Position numbers and translations under genes: made by a program. Positions 1 to 8,184 of a stretch of 32,000 nt of DNA are shown piece by piece; the stretch's first letter is position 1, and the number at the start of each line of letters is the position of its first letter. A model generated the notes under the pieces. That model was not told the origin of the DNA, made no database searches, and saw nothing but the letters and a program-made list of their open reading frames with translations. This stretch comes from Candidatus Omnitrophota bacterium (GTDB taxonomy: Bacteria > Omnitrophota > Gorgyraeia > Zapsychrales > JANLHA01), in contig OY759724.1 of NCBI GenBank assembly GCA_963662715.1, positions 1,350,001 to 1,382,000 of the forward strand, written 5' to 3'.

Positions 1-1142
1 ACATGAATATGCGGGACCCGGCCATTTACCGTATCCGCAAAGCGGCTCATCATCGAACAGGTTGGGAGTGGTGCATTTATCCGATGTATGATTTCGCCCA
101 CGGCCTTTCCGATTCCATCGAAGGGATTACCCACTCGATCTGCACTCTGGAGTTTGAGAACCACCGGCCTTTGTATGACTGGTTTTTAGATGTGCTTCAG
201 ACCCCGTGCCATCCCCAGCAGATAGAGTTTGCCCGTCTGAATTTGAGCTATACGGTTATGAGTAAGCGTAAATTATTACAGCTTGTAGAAGAAAAACTTG
301 TCCAGGGATGGGACGATCCCCGGATGCCTACATTGTCGGGGATGCGCCGGAGAGGATATTCTCCGGAAGCTATTCGGACGTTCTGCGAGCGGATTGGCGT
401 GGCCAAGGTCGAGGGGACCGTTGATATGAGTTTCCTGGAGCATTGCCTTCGAGAAGATCTTAATAAGAAAGCTTTGCGGGCCTTTGCTGTTTTACGTCCC
501 ATTAAGGTTGTTATTACGAACTATCCGGAAGGGCAGACGGAAGAACTGGAAGCGATTAACAATCCTGAAGATCCTTCGGCGGGGACCCGGAAAGTCTTTT
601 TTTCCCGGGTTCTTTATATAGAACGGGACGATTTCCGGGAAACTCCTCCGCCCAAATTTTATCGTTTATCGCCTGGCCGGGAAGTCCGGCTGCGGTATGC
701 GTATTTTATTACCTGTACGGATGTCATTAAAAACGCACAGGGAGAAACAGAAGAACTCCATTGCACATATGATCCTTCCTCCCGGGGAGGCAATTCTCCG
801 GACGGACGAAAAGTTAAAGCAACGCTGCATTGGGTGTCCGCCGAACATGCGGTGGATGCCGAAGTCCGCCTTTATGACTATTTGTTCTCAACGCCGGACC
901 CAAACAAAACAGAAGAAGGCCAGGATTTTAAATCAAATCTCAATCCTCAATCGTTAGAAGTATTGCCCCACGGCAAGCTGGAGGCTTGTCTGCGGCATGC
1001 GCAAGAAGGCGTTTCCTATCAGTTTGAACGGTTGGGATATTTTTGTGTTGACTCCGAAAGCACTTCACAAAGACCGGTCTTTAACCGTACTGTAACCTTG
1101 CGGGATTCTTGGGCTAAAATTGAAAAAACTCAAAAATCGTAA
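1..1142 (+). CDS. glnS: Glutaminyl-tRNA synthetase, C-terminal ~380 aa (5' end lies outside the window)
   Basis: The ORF is open to the window edge (frame of position 3). The translation has GlnRS blocks [42 protein letters not shown], a VMSKRKL (KMSKS-type) motif and the C-terminal beta-barrel anticodon-binding region ([12 protein letters not shown]). Confidence 0.95.
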   Translation, partial: MNMRDPAIYRIRKAAHHRTGWEWCIYPMYDFAHGLSDSIEGITHSICTLEFENHRPLYDWFLDVLQTPCHPQQIEFARLNLSYTVMSKRKLLQLVEEKLVQGWDDPRMPTLSGMRRRGYSPEAIRTFCERIGVAKVEGTVDMSFLEHCLREDLNKKALRAFAVLRPIKVVITNYPEGQTEELEAINNPEDPSAGTRKVFFSRVLYIERDDFRETPPPKFYRLSPGREVRLRYAYFITCTDVIKNAQGETEELHCTYDPSSRGGNSPDGRKVKATLHWVSAEHAVDAEVRLYDYLFSTPDPNKTEEGQDFKSNLNPQSLEVLPHGKLEACLRHAQEGVSYQFERLGYFCVDSESTSQRPVFNRTVTLRDSWAKIEKTQKS

Positions 1143-1366
1143 TGTTTTTCATGTGAGACTGAGCGTTTAAGAAATTTTGACGGGCCGGGATGGCCTGTTC
1201 CTTATTTTTTGCTTATTTATTTTGGTTTTGCGACATAATGAGCTTGTCGGTTTTTTTCGGGGAATCCGGGAAAGACGCAAATTGTGAAATTAAATTTTAT
1301 GTGAAAAAAAATATAATAATAAAAGATAATTTTCTCATTTTGATGTAATTTAATAGGAGAAACATC

Positions 1367-1933
1367 ATGAAAAGATCTATAGGGGCAAAAACGGTTGTTT
1401 ACCCTACTCCGGTTTTTGTTATTGGGACATACGATCAGAGAGGTCAGCCCAATGTTATGACAGCTGCTTGGGCGGGTATTTGCTGCTCCTCCCCTCCTTG
1501 CGTGGCTGTTTCGTTGAGAGAAGCGACGTATTCTTACGGTAATATTGTGCTGCAAAAAGCTTTTTCAGTGAATATCCCTTCCCGGCATCAAATGAAAGAT
1601 GCTGATTATATCGGAATGGTATCCGGCAGGACAGAGAATAAACTGGAAAAACTATCCCTCACGGCCGTTGAAGGAAAAGAAGTTTACGCTCCTTATATTC
1701 AAGAGTTTCCGCTTGTATTGGAATGCCAGTTGATCCAAACGGTTAAAATAGGTCTGCACACTCAGTTTATCGGAGAGATCAAAGACGTGAAAGTGGAGGA
1801 TTCGTGTCTGGGGGCGGATAATTTTCCGGACGTTGAGAAGCTTCAGCCGTTTATGTTCGCCCCGGGCAACCGGAACTACTATTCTCTGGGAGAATTTCTC
1901 GGCAAGGCTTTTTCTGCAGGCAGGGAGCGATAG
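1367..1933 (+). CDS. Flavin reductase-like (flavoredoxin-type) FMN-binding protein
   Basis: 188 aa. The N-terminal block PTPVFVIGTYDQRGQPNVMTAAWAGICCSSPPCVAVSL is typical of the flavin reductase-like split-barrel domain. SD TAGGAGA lies upstream of the ATG. Confidence 0.8.
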   Translation: MKRSIGAKTVVYPTPVFVIGTYDQRGQPNVMTAAWAGICCSSPPCVAVSLREATYSYGNIVLQKAFSVNIPSRHQMKDADYIGMVSGRTENKLEKLSLTAVEGKEVYAPYIQEFPLVLECQLIQTVKIGLHTQFIGEIKDVKVEDSCLGADNFPDVEKLQPFMFAPGNRNYYSLGEFLGKAFSAGRER

Positions 1934-2059
1934 CGCTCTTGATGAGATGTCTGCGGTTTTGGGGCGGTTCCGGGGCCTTGTCTTTAAACGATTTTCCTCA
2001 GGGACGATAAAAAAGATTTTTTACATCAGTATTCGGATATTTGAAAAGAGAGGACGGCG

Positions 2060-2422
2060 ATGAAAAAGATTTTAATTATTGAAGACAGCTTAACGATTAT
2101 TAAAGCCTTGGAAGTTATGCTGATAGACAAGGGGTATGAGACCATTACGGCGGAGAATGCAGAAATAGGAATAGAAAAAGCGCTTTTTGATAATCCGGAC
2201 TTAATCATCCTCGATACTGTTCTGCCCGGCATGAATGGTTTTGAGGCGTGTAAAATTATTAAAGAAAAAAAAGAAGAAAAGGCACCTAAAATTATCATCA
2301 TGACAGGGGACATTGGTGCGATTAACTCCACCCAAGCCAGGCAGGCCGGGGCGGATGAATATGTTGCTAAAACATCGGATTTCTCTTTGTTGTTTGAGGC
2401 CATAGATAAATTAATAAATTAA
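2060..2422 (+). CDS. Single-domain response regulator (CheY-like receiver)
   Basis: 120 aa. Receiver landmarks are ILIIED, LIILDTVLPGMNG (phospho-acceptor Asp), IIIMTG and YVAKT. There is no output domain and no kinase gene adjacent. Confidence 0.9.
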   Translation: MKKILIIEDSLTIIKALEVMLIDKGYETITAENAEIGIEKALFDNPDLIILDTVLPGMNGFEACKIIKEKKEEKAPKIIIMTGDIGAINSTQARQAGADEYVAKTSDFSLLFEAIDKLIN

Positions 2423-2561
2423 AAAAAATTGCTTGTTAACTTTTTTTGTCCGCGGCATCATTTTTATTTTTTTTATCCGTTTCTTATCCGGAATCCCGTC
2501 ATTTTAATCATAAAATATCTTAACGTTTGTAGATTCAAGCATAAGTTCTTGCGGCCGGGCT

Positions 2562-2589
2562 TTGCGATAGAAAAATTTTAAGGTATAAT
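2562..2589 (+). promoter_or_regulatory. Sigma70-like promoter candidate for the CDF transporter gene
   Basis: TTGCGA (2562-2567), 16-nt spacer, TATAAT (2584-2589), about 95 nt upstream of the ATG at 2684. Confidence 0.4.
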
Positions 2590-2683
2590 TTTTAACATGG
2601 GAAAACCAGGGGGAATTCTCAGGGGCTGCTCCGGGAATACATGTTTTTAATTTTAAAAATACGGTAGCAGGGCAGAAGATTTT

Positions 2684-3571
2684 ATGGGCAAAGAAGATCA
2701 AAAAGCTTATCAAATTACCCTTATAGGTCTTGTCACCAATCTCCTTTTGGCCGCTCTTAAAATATTTGCCGGGCTGTTTGGACAAAGCGAAGCGATTATC
2801 GCGGACGCATTCCATTCCCTGTCAGACTTGTCTACGGATATCGCTGTTTTAATTGGTTTTAAAGGGGCCAACAAACCCATTGATAAAACACATGATTACG
2901 GTCACGGAAAGGTTGAGACGCTGGTTTCTGCTTTTATCGGGATTGTTTTGTTTGTGATCGGTGTCAGGATATTGGGGAGCGGTTTAAGCGAGATAGCAGC
3001 TTTTCTCGGCGGCCAACCTATGTTGCAGCCCAGATGGATTGCCTGCGTCGCCGCCGTTATTTCTGTTGTCACCAAGGAATATCTATTTCGTCGTACGATA
3101 AAAGTGGGGAGGGATGTTCAAAGCCAATCTTTGATTGCTAATGCGTGGCACCACAGGTCAGACGCCCTGTCATCTCTGGGCGTCATGTGTGGCATCACCG
3201 GGGCGATTGTTCTGGGGGAACCTTGGCGGATTCTTGATCCTGTGGCCGCTGTCTTTGTCAGCATTCTGATTATTAAAACATCTTTTTCTGTTTTAAAGGA
3301 AAGCGTGAACGAGTTGATGGAGGCGTCTTTAAGCGATGAGATGGAAAACGAAATCATGGATACGATTAAAAGCACCCCGGGAGCCAAGTATCCCCATAAT
3401 CTTAAGACCCGGAGGATCGGCAGAAATATCGCCATTGATATTCATATTAAAGTCGCTAAGGAGTTAAATATTTCGGATGCGCATAATATTGCGACAGCGG
3501 TAGAGAACAAACTGAAAAAGCGTTTTGGTGATAAGACCTTTATATATGTTCATGTTGAACCGGATCATTAA
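2684..3571 (+). CDS. Cation diffusion facilitator (CDF) family divalent-metal efflux transporter
   Basis: 295 aa with about 6 TM segments. CDF metal-site motifs are HSLSDLSTD (TM2) and HHRSDALSS (TM5). The C-terminal cytoplasmic domain ends IYVHVEP. Confidence 0.9.
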   Translation: MGKEDQKAYQITLIGLVTNLLLAALKIFAGLFGQSEAIIADAFHSLSDLSTDIAVLIGFKGANKPIDKTHDYGHGKVETLVSAFIGIVLFVIGVRILGSGLSEIAAFLGGQPMLQPRWIACVAAVISVVTKEYLFRRTIKVGRDVQSQSLIANAWHHRSDALSSLGVMCGITGAIVLGEPWRILDPVAAVFVSILIIKTSFSVLKESVNELMEASLSDEMENEIMDTIKSTPGAKYPHNLKTRRIGRNIAIDIHIKVAKELNISDAHNIATAVENKLKKRFGDKTFIYVHVEPDH

Positions 3572-3676
3572 GGAGCGTCCTTAGGTTTCCCGGGAAGGTT
3601 TTTGACGTCTTTTGGCCTTTGTTTTTATGAACAGTTTTTATCCATTCAGCCGTCTTTTTAGCTCCTTCCAGCCCTT

Positions 3677-3979
3677 TTGTCCTTTTTTTGTTTTGTCTTG
3701 TTCTCAGTCTTGCTTCAATTTGCAAGGGCCCTGTTGTCTGCGAACCAATTGGATGCCTTTAAAAAGAAGCTTGATCAGGCCCTGGAAGCGGGAAAAAGGC
3801 TTTACATTACAACCCCGGCCGTGTATTCTCATGACAGGGAAAAACAGTTCTCCAACTATTTGAAAACGTATTTTCATATGATTCCTTTAGGCCGGCATTT
3901 TTATGAAGACTGGCCTTTGGAATCCATGTCTCTGCAGGTTCATCAGTTTTATCCGTATCGATTAGAGCCGGAATCATAG
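3677..3979 (+). CDS. Hypothetical protein or possible gene relic: hydrophobic N-terminus plus a ~75-aa domain homologous to the C-terminal domain of the two GT-C proteins in this window
   Basis: By eye it aligns with the C-terminus of the 29381..30904 product (FKKKLDQALEAGKRLYITT..GRHFYEDWPLESMSLQVHQFYPYRL vs FKKTVDNFIESGVPVYATS..GQHYYEDWHLGSLNSQVYFFDLYRV). Only TTG/GTG starts occur before codon 68, and there is no SD. Confidence 0.45.
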   Translation: MSFFCFVLFSVLLQFARALLSANQLDAFKKKLDQALEAGKRLYITTPAVYSHDREKQFSNYLKTYFHMIPLGRHFYEDWPLESMSLQVHQFYPYRLEPES

Positions 3980-3992
3980 AAATGGACAAAGA

Positions 3993-4661
3993 ATGAAGAA
4001 ATCAAACATCCGAAAACTTCTTATAAGCATAATAATTGTAAATTTATTGTTTACAATTATTTTAGTATGTAGAGGAATGAAAAGGCGTTCTCAGACGGCG
4101 CCGGAAACAAAGACTCAGCCTTTAAAATTTAAAGGCGCTCCGCAGGCCCCGGTAAAAATTGTTGTTTATTCCGATTTTCAATGCGCAGCTTGTGCCGCCG
4201 GATATAAAGTTTTAAGGGAATTTCAGCTGAAATTCCCTGATAAAATATCTGTGGAATTCCGGCATTATCCTATAGAGGATATTCACCCGCAATCTCTACG
4301 CAGCGCAGAATATGCCGAATGCGCGGCTCTGCAGGGGAAATTTTGGCCTTTTTATGAAACCCTTTTTTTGGGGCAAAAACAATGGAGTTCCCCCAAGGAT
4401 GCCGAAAGATATTTTCAGGGCTATGCCAAGGCCGTCGGCCTGGATGCCGGGCAATTGGAGACCTGCTTGCAGGATGAATCGGTCAAAGAAACAATTTTTC
4501 GCGATAGAGCGATAGCCCGGTTTCATGGCGTGTCTGCCACTCCGACGTATTTTATTAATGGGAAAATCGCAGTGGGATCAGAGACATTACGAAAGACTCT
4601 TAACCGGTATTTTTTCCCTGAATCTAAAGGTAAACGCGAGAAAGAACAGCCTTCCCCATAG
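3993..4661 (+). CDS. DsbA-family thiol:disulfide oxidoreductase, membrane-anchored or exported
   Basis: 222 aa with an N-terminal TM/signal anchor. The thioredoxin-fold motif is VVYSDFQCAACAAG (CxxC = CAAC). The cis-Pro region ATPTYFINGK is typical of DsbA/DsbG-like proteins. Confidence 0.8.
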   Translation: MKKSNIRKLLISIIIVNLLFTIILVCRGMKRRSQTAPETKTQPLKFKGAPQAPVKIVVYSDFQCAACAAGYKVLREFQLKFPDKISVEFRHYPIEDIHPQSLRSAEYAECAALQGKFWPFYETLFLGQKQWSSPKDAERYFQGYAKAVGLDAGQLETCLQDESVKETIFRDRAIARFHGVSATPTYFINGKIAVGSETLRKTLNRYFFPESKGKREKEQPSP

Positions 4662-4749
4662 TTAAAAAATACAGAACTCCTCTTTATCTTTATGGCGATC
4701 ATTAGTATAATGGGCAATTGAATTGAAGAATATAGAGGACGGTCGTCTT

Positions 4750-5670
4750 ATGAAGCAAAAAATCCTTTTAGTTGATGATGCCAGGGAAATCCTGGACCTG
4801 ATGCAGGCCATGCTGGAAGGTCAAGGATATGAGGTTATTACAGCCGTTAACGGGGTGGAAGGCCTGGAAAAAGCGAAGGCGGAACGGCCTCATCTGATCA
4901 TTGCTGACGTATTAATGCCGGAGATGGACGGATATTTGTTTTTTAAGGAATTAAGAAAAAATCCTACCACAGAGCTTATTCCGGTTCTTATTTTAACAGC
5001 CAGAGCGAAAATGGAAGATTCTTTCCGGGCGATCGGCGTAGATGGTTTTTTGGTTAAACCCATTGATGCCAACAAGTTATTCTCTGAAGTCGCCAGAGAG
5101 ATGAGCGTGTTTATTAAGGACAAGGATAAGATCAGCGAAAAAGATCCCGCCCCTCAAACTGTTGAGGATTTAGAACAAAGGGAGGCGGAAGAGAATCATC
5201 CTGCGGTTTCCGCATCGGTAGCACCAGCCGAGATTAAGAAAAAAATTCTGCTTTTTGGGTATGAAAAAAATGTTTTGAAAGAGATGTCTCAACAGCTTGA
5301 AAAGAAAAAGTGCTCTGTTAAAATTGTTCCGGAAGAAAATGACATCAGCAAGATGATAAAAGAGGTTGATCCTCAAATCATTTTTTTGGAAGTTAAGCCC
5401 GACGCAGCCGTTTCTTTGGAATCCGTTTTAACGGTTATTCATCAAACTTTTAATGAAACAGCCGGAAAAAGCCGTGATCCTCAGCAATCAACCGATATTA
5501 TTATCTATAAAGTCCATCATGCTGTCAGCGGAGTTACGATGATTGCCTCCGATGTCGCTGACACGGACACCCTTTTGACTCAATGTTCTAAAATTGGTTA
5601 TACGAAATACATTGGGCTCTATTCTCCGTTTACTTTTTACTTAAAAGTTAAAGATTTTCTGCGGAAATAA
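4750..5670 (+). CDS. Response regulator: canonical receiver followed by an acidic linker and a degenerate second receiver-like domain
   Basis: The start is moved from TTG 4723 to ATG 4750, which has AGAGGA upstream. REC1 has ILLVDD, LIIADVLMPEMDG, LILTA and LVKP. The C-terminal half repeats the beta-alpha pattern (ILLFGYE.., IIFLEV) but lacks the acidic pocket. Confidence 0.85.
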   Translation: MKQKILLVDDAREILDLMQAMLEGQGYEVITAVNGVEGLEKAKAERPHLIIADVLMPEMDGYLFFKELRKNPTTELIPVLILTARAKMEDSFRAIGVDGFLVKPIDANKLFSEVAREMSVFIKDKDKISEKDPAPQTVEDLEQREAEENHPAVSASVAPAEIKKKILLFGYEKNVLKEMSQQLEKKKCSVKIVPEENDISKMIKEVDPQIIFLEVKPDAAVSLESVLTVIHQTFNETAGKSRDPQQSTDIIIYKVHHAVSGVTMIASDVADTDTLLTQCSKIGYTKYIGLYSPFTFYLKVKDFLRK

Positions 5671-5855
5671 AGGTTATCAATCCTTTCCTGAGAAATGAGG
5701 GGGTTCAGGCCGGGATTCATTTTTCCTGGGGACAAAGACATCCGAAATTGTTCGGTATATTGTCGTGAAAACATAAAAGTTCAAGCCCTCTTTCAGCAAA
5801 AAGCTTGTAATATGAACACTTGTTTATCCGGACAATAAGTGTCAAAATATGGATT

Positions 5856-6416
5856 ATGATTTTATTTGGTCGATGCTATGTGAGAGTGGGATTGGCTGTT
5901 TTTCTTCTTTTGGGAGCGCTGTCTCTTTCCGGCTGTGATGCTATTTACCGTTTATTGCAGAAAGAGGGTGCGGAAGAAAAAGAGATTCTGGGCGAGATTG
6001 TGCCTTTAGAGCGCAATGAACGTGTCGCCGAAGTTCAGAAATTATTGAAGCTTTATGGATACAAGATAGGCAAAGTTGACGGAATATTGGGCGCGAATAC
6101 AAGACAAGCTATCGGGGCCTTTCAGTCGGACCAGGGGCTGCCTGTTTCTCGGTTTGTTGATTATAAGACCTGGGATGAATTAACGCGTTTTGAAAGATTC
6201 GGGCTGGTCCTGAACGGAGAATTAAATGTTTCTGCTATTCAGACAGCCTTGAAAGAGGCCGGGATCGATCCCGGTCCGGTAGACGGTAAAATGGGACGCA
6301 AAACGCAGAAAGCGATTGTGACTTTTCAGAAACTGGAAGGGCTCAAACCGGACGGAAGAATCGGGATAAGAACATTAACACTCCTGGAGCGGTATTTAGA
6401 AAAAAGCCACCCTTAA
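5856..6416 (+). CDS. Lipoprotein with two peptidoglycan-binding (PG_binding_1) domains
   Basis: A lipobox signal peptide (..AVFLLLGALSLSGC) follows ATG 5856. There are two copies of the motif L..GY..G..DG..G..T..A...FQ...GL...G. Confidence 0.8.
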   Translation: MILFGRCYVRVGLAVFLLLGALSLSGCDAIYRLLQKEGAEEKEILGEIVPLERNERVAEVQKLLKLYGYKIGKVDGILGANTRQAIGAFQSDQGLPVSRFVDYKTWDELTRFERFGLVLNGELNVSAIQTALKEAGIDPGPVDGKMGRKTQKAIVTFQKLEGLKPDGRIGIRTLTLLERYLEKSHP

Positions 6417-6481
6417 ATTGAACCTTTTTCAGCTTTTTTGCCTTAAATTAATATTTCCCGGCGGATATTGAGGTTTGGGGC

Positions 6482-6510
6482 TTGTCAGTCTTTGATATCC
6501 GTCGTATAAT
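6482..6510 (+). promoter_or_regulatory. Near-consensus sigma70 promoter for the HAD-otsB-GH65 operon
   Basis: TTGTCA (6482-6487), 17-nt spacer, TATAAT (6505-6510), 41 nt upstream of ATG 6552. The -35 element is bracketed by the inverted repeat CGGATAT (6462-6468) / ATATCCG (6495-6501). Confidence 0.5.
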
Positions 6511-6551
6511 AAAAACTCAATTGTTTATTCCTATTCCAAAAGAGGTCTCTC

Positions 6552-7331
6552 ATGAGTTTGAAAGAAAAAATATTACCCTACGATGCCGTTATCTTTGATC
6601 TGGACGGCGTTATTACCAAAACGGCTTTGGTTCATGCCGCTGCCTGGAAAGACATGTTTGATGAGTATCTTCATTTACGAGAAAGCCGGGACGGGGAACC
6701 TTTTAAAGAATTTACCCATCAACAGGATTATTTGCCGTATGTGGACGGGAAGCCGCGCTATGAAGGCGTAAACAGCTTTCTGGAGTCCCGGGATATTCAT
6801 ATTCCCTGGGGGGACAAGGATGACCCCGTTGACAAAGAGACTGTCTGCGGTTTGGGCAATCGGAAAAATATCAAGTTCCGGGAGGTTTTGGAGAAAAACG
6901 GAGTAGAACAGTATGAGACAACGGTGGCCCTCATTCATGATCTGAAACAAAGCGGGGTGCACATCGGGGTCGCTTCCTCCAGCAAGAATTGTCAATTTGT
7001 TTTGCAGGCGTCGGGGCTTGAGGATCTTTTTGAAACACGCATCGACGGTGTCGTTTCAGCAGAGCTGGGATTACAGGGAAAGCCCCAGCCGGATATTTTT
7101 GTGACGGCGGCAAAAAATGTCGGGAGTGATCCTGCGAAGGCGGTTGTTGTGGAGGATGCCGTATCCGGGGTGCAGGCAGGCCGTAACGGAAATTTTGGGC
7201 TTGTCATTGGTCTGGCGAGAGAAAAAAATGATAATGAACTGCTGGAGCACGGGGCAGACGTGGTCATCCCGGATTTTGCCGGAATAACGGCAGACAACAT
7301 CGCCGATTGGTTTCGCACGAAAAACGGCTAA
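6552..7331 (+). CDS. Beta-phosphoglucomutase-family HAD hydrolase
   Basis: 259 aa. HAD motif I is VIFDLDGVITKT, motif II is VASSS, and motifs III/IV are GKPQPDIF and VVEDAVSGVQAG. The cap-domain block YVDGKPRYEGV..GLGNRKN is typical of the beta-PGM-like proteins found beside, or fused to, GH65 enzymes. Confidence 0.85.
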   Translation: MSLKEKILPYDAVIFDLDGVITKTALVHAAAWKDMFDEYLHLRESRDGEPFKEFTHQQDYLPYVDGKPRYEGVNSFLESRDIHIPWGDKDDPVDKETVCGLGNRKNIKFREVLEKNGVEQYETTVALIHDLKQSGVHIGVASSSKNCQFVLQASGLEDLFETRIDGVVSAELGLQGKPQPDIFVTAAKNVGSDPAKAVVVEDAVSGVQAGRNGNFGLVIGLAREKNDNELLEHGADVVIPDFAGITADNIADWFRTKNG

Positions 7332-7371
7332 AATATTTACGTATAGGAACAAAGGAGATTGTTCTTTCTTC

Positions 7372-8184
7372 ATGATGTCCGATTCATATCCGAAAAGTTT
7401 CTTCGAAAATTTAGAATCCATTCAAAAGACCCTCGCGACTAAAGAAATTTATTTGTTTCTTGATTATGATGGAACCTTAACCCCTATTGTTGCCACTCCG
7501 GATTTGGCGGTTTTATCCGATGATATGCGGCAGACTGTTCAGAGATTGTCGAAGTTTTTTAAAATTTCTGTTGTGTCCGGACGGGCGACCGATGACGTAA
7601 AAAGCAAAGTCCGCCTGCCCGGACTTTTTTACGCCGGAAGCCATGGTTTTGAAATCGTCGATCCGCAGGGAAACGTGACCCTTCATCCCGACGCTCAAAC
7701 CATTAGAAAAGTTATTGACGAGGTTCATGCGATTTTGTCCGGGAGGCTGGAGCCTGTCCGGGGGGCTTTGGTTGAAAACGTGAAATTCACTATTTCTGTG
7801 CATTATCGTTTGGTCGCCCAGCAGGATTTTCCTGTCGTTCAAAGGGAAGTCGAGAGGATTTTAGAGGAACATCCCGGCTTAAGAAAAACGGAAGGGAAAA
7901 AGGTCTTTGAGCTTCGCCCGAATATCCCGTGGGATAAAGGGAAGGCGGTTAACGGGATATTGGATGCTTTAAACTTTGATGTAAGCCAACATGTGGCGAT
8001 ATATATCGGTGACGATACAACGGATGAGGACGCCTTTCGGGTGATTCAGGATAAAGGGTTTGGCATCCTGGTTGCCGAAACGCCCAAACCTTCCGGCGCG
8101 AAATTTTTTGTCAAGGACACCCCCGCCGTCCGGCAGGTTTTGGACTTTTTTATTCAAACGCAACAGGGGCAAAACAGCCAATGA
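7372..8184 (+). CDS. otsB: Trehalose-6-phosphate phosphatase
   Basis: 270 aa. HAD-IIB trehalose-phosphatase motifs are FLDYDGTLTPIV, VVSGR, ELRPNIPWDKGKAV and IYIGDDTTDEDAF. The stop overlaps the next gene's start (ATGA at 8181-8184). Confidence 0.9.
   Translation: MMSDSYPKSFFENLESIQKTLATKEIYLFLDYDGTLTPIVATPDLAVLSDDMRQTVQRLSKFFKISVVSGRATDDVKSKVRLPGLFYAGSHGFEIVDPQGNVTLHPDAQTIRKVIDEVHAILSGRLEPVRGALVENVKFTISVHYRLVAQQDFPVVQREVERILEEHPGLRKTEGKKVFELRPNIPWDKGKAVNGILDALNFDVSQHVAIYIGDDTTDEDAFRVIQDKGFGILVAETPKPSGAKFFVKDTPAVRQVLDFFIQTQQGQNSQ

Noticed and set aside
2026-2403. 125-aa minus-strand ORF.
   Set aside because: It is antisense to the clear CheY-like receiver gene.
4723-4749. N-terminal extensions in the ORF track that begin at upstream TTG or ATG codons (4723, 5820, 12493, 14893, 22619, 27176, 29336).
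   Set aside because: In each case a downstream ATG gives a canonical N-terminus or signal peptide. For 4750, 12421, 14920 and 27218 there is also a better-placed SD. The 27176 start would additionally overlap nqrE.
5688-5740. CTGAGA followed by G-rich sequence, reminiscent of a TPP riboswitch core.
   Set aside because: It lacks the ACCC...GAACCUGA...GGAUAAU...AGGGA arrangement. The flanking genes (a response regulator and a PG-binding lipoprotein) have no link to thiamine.
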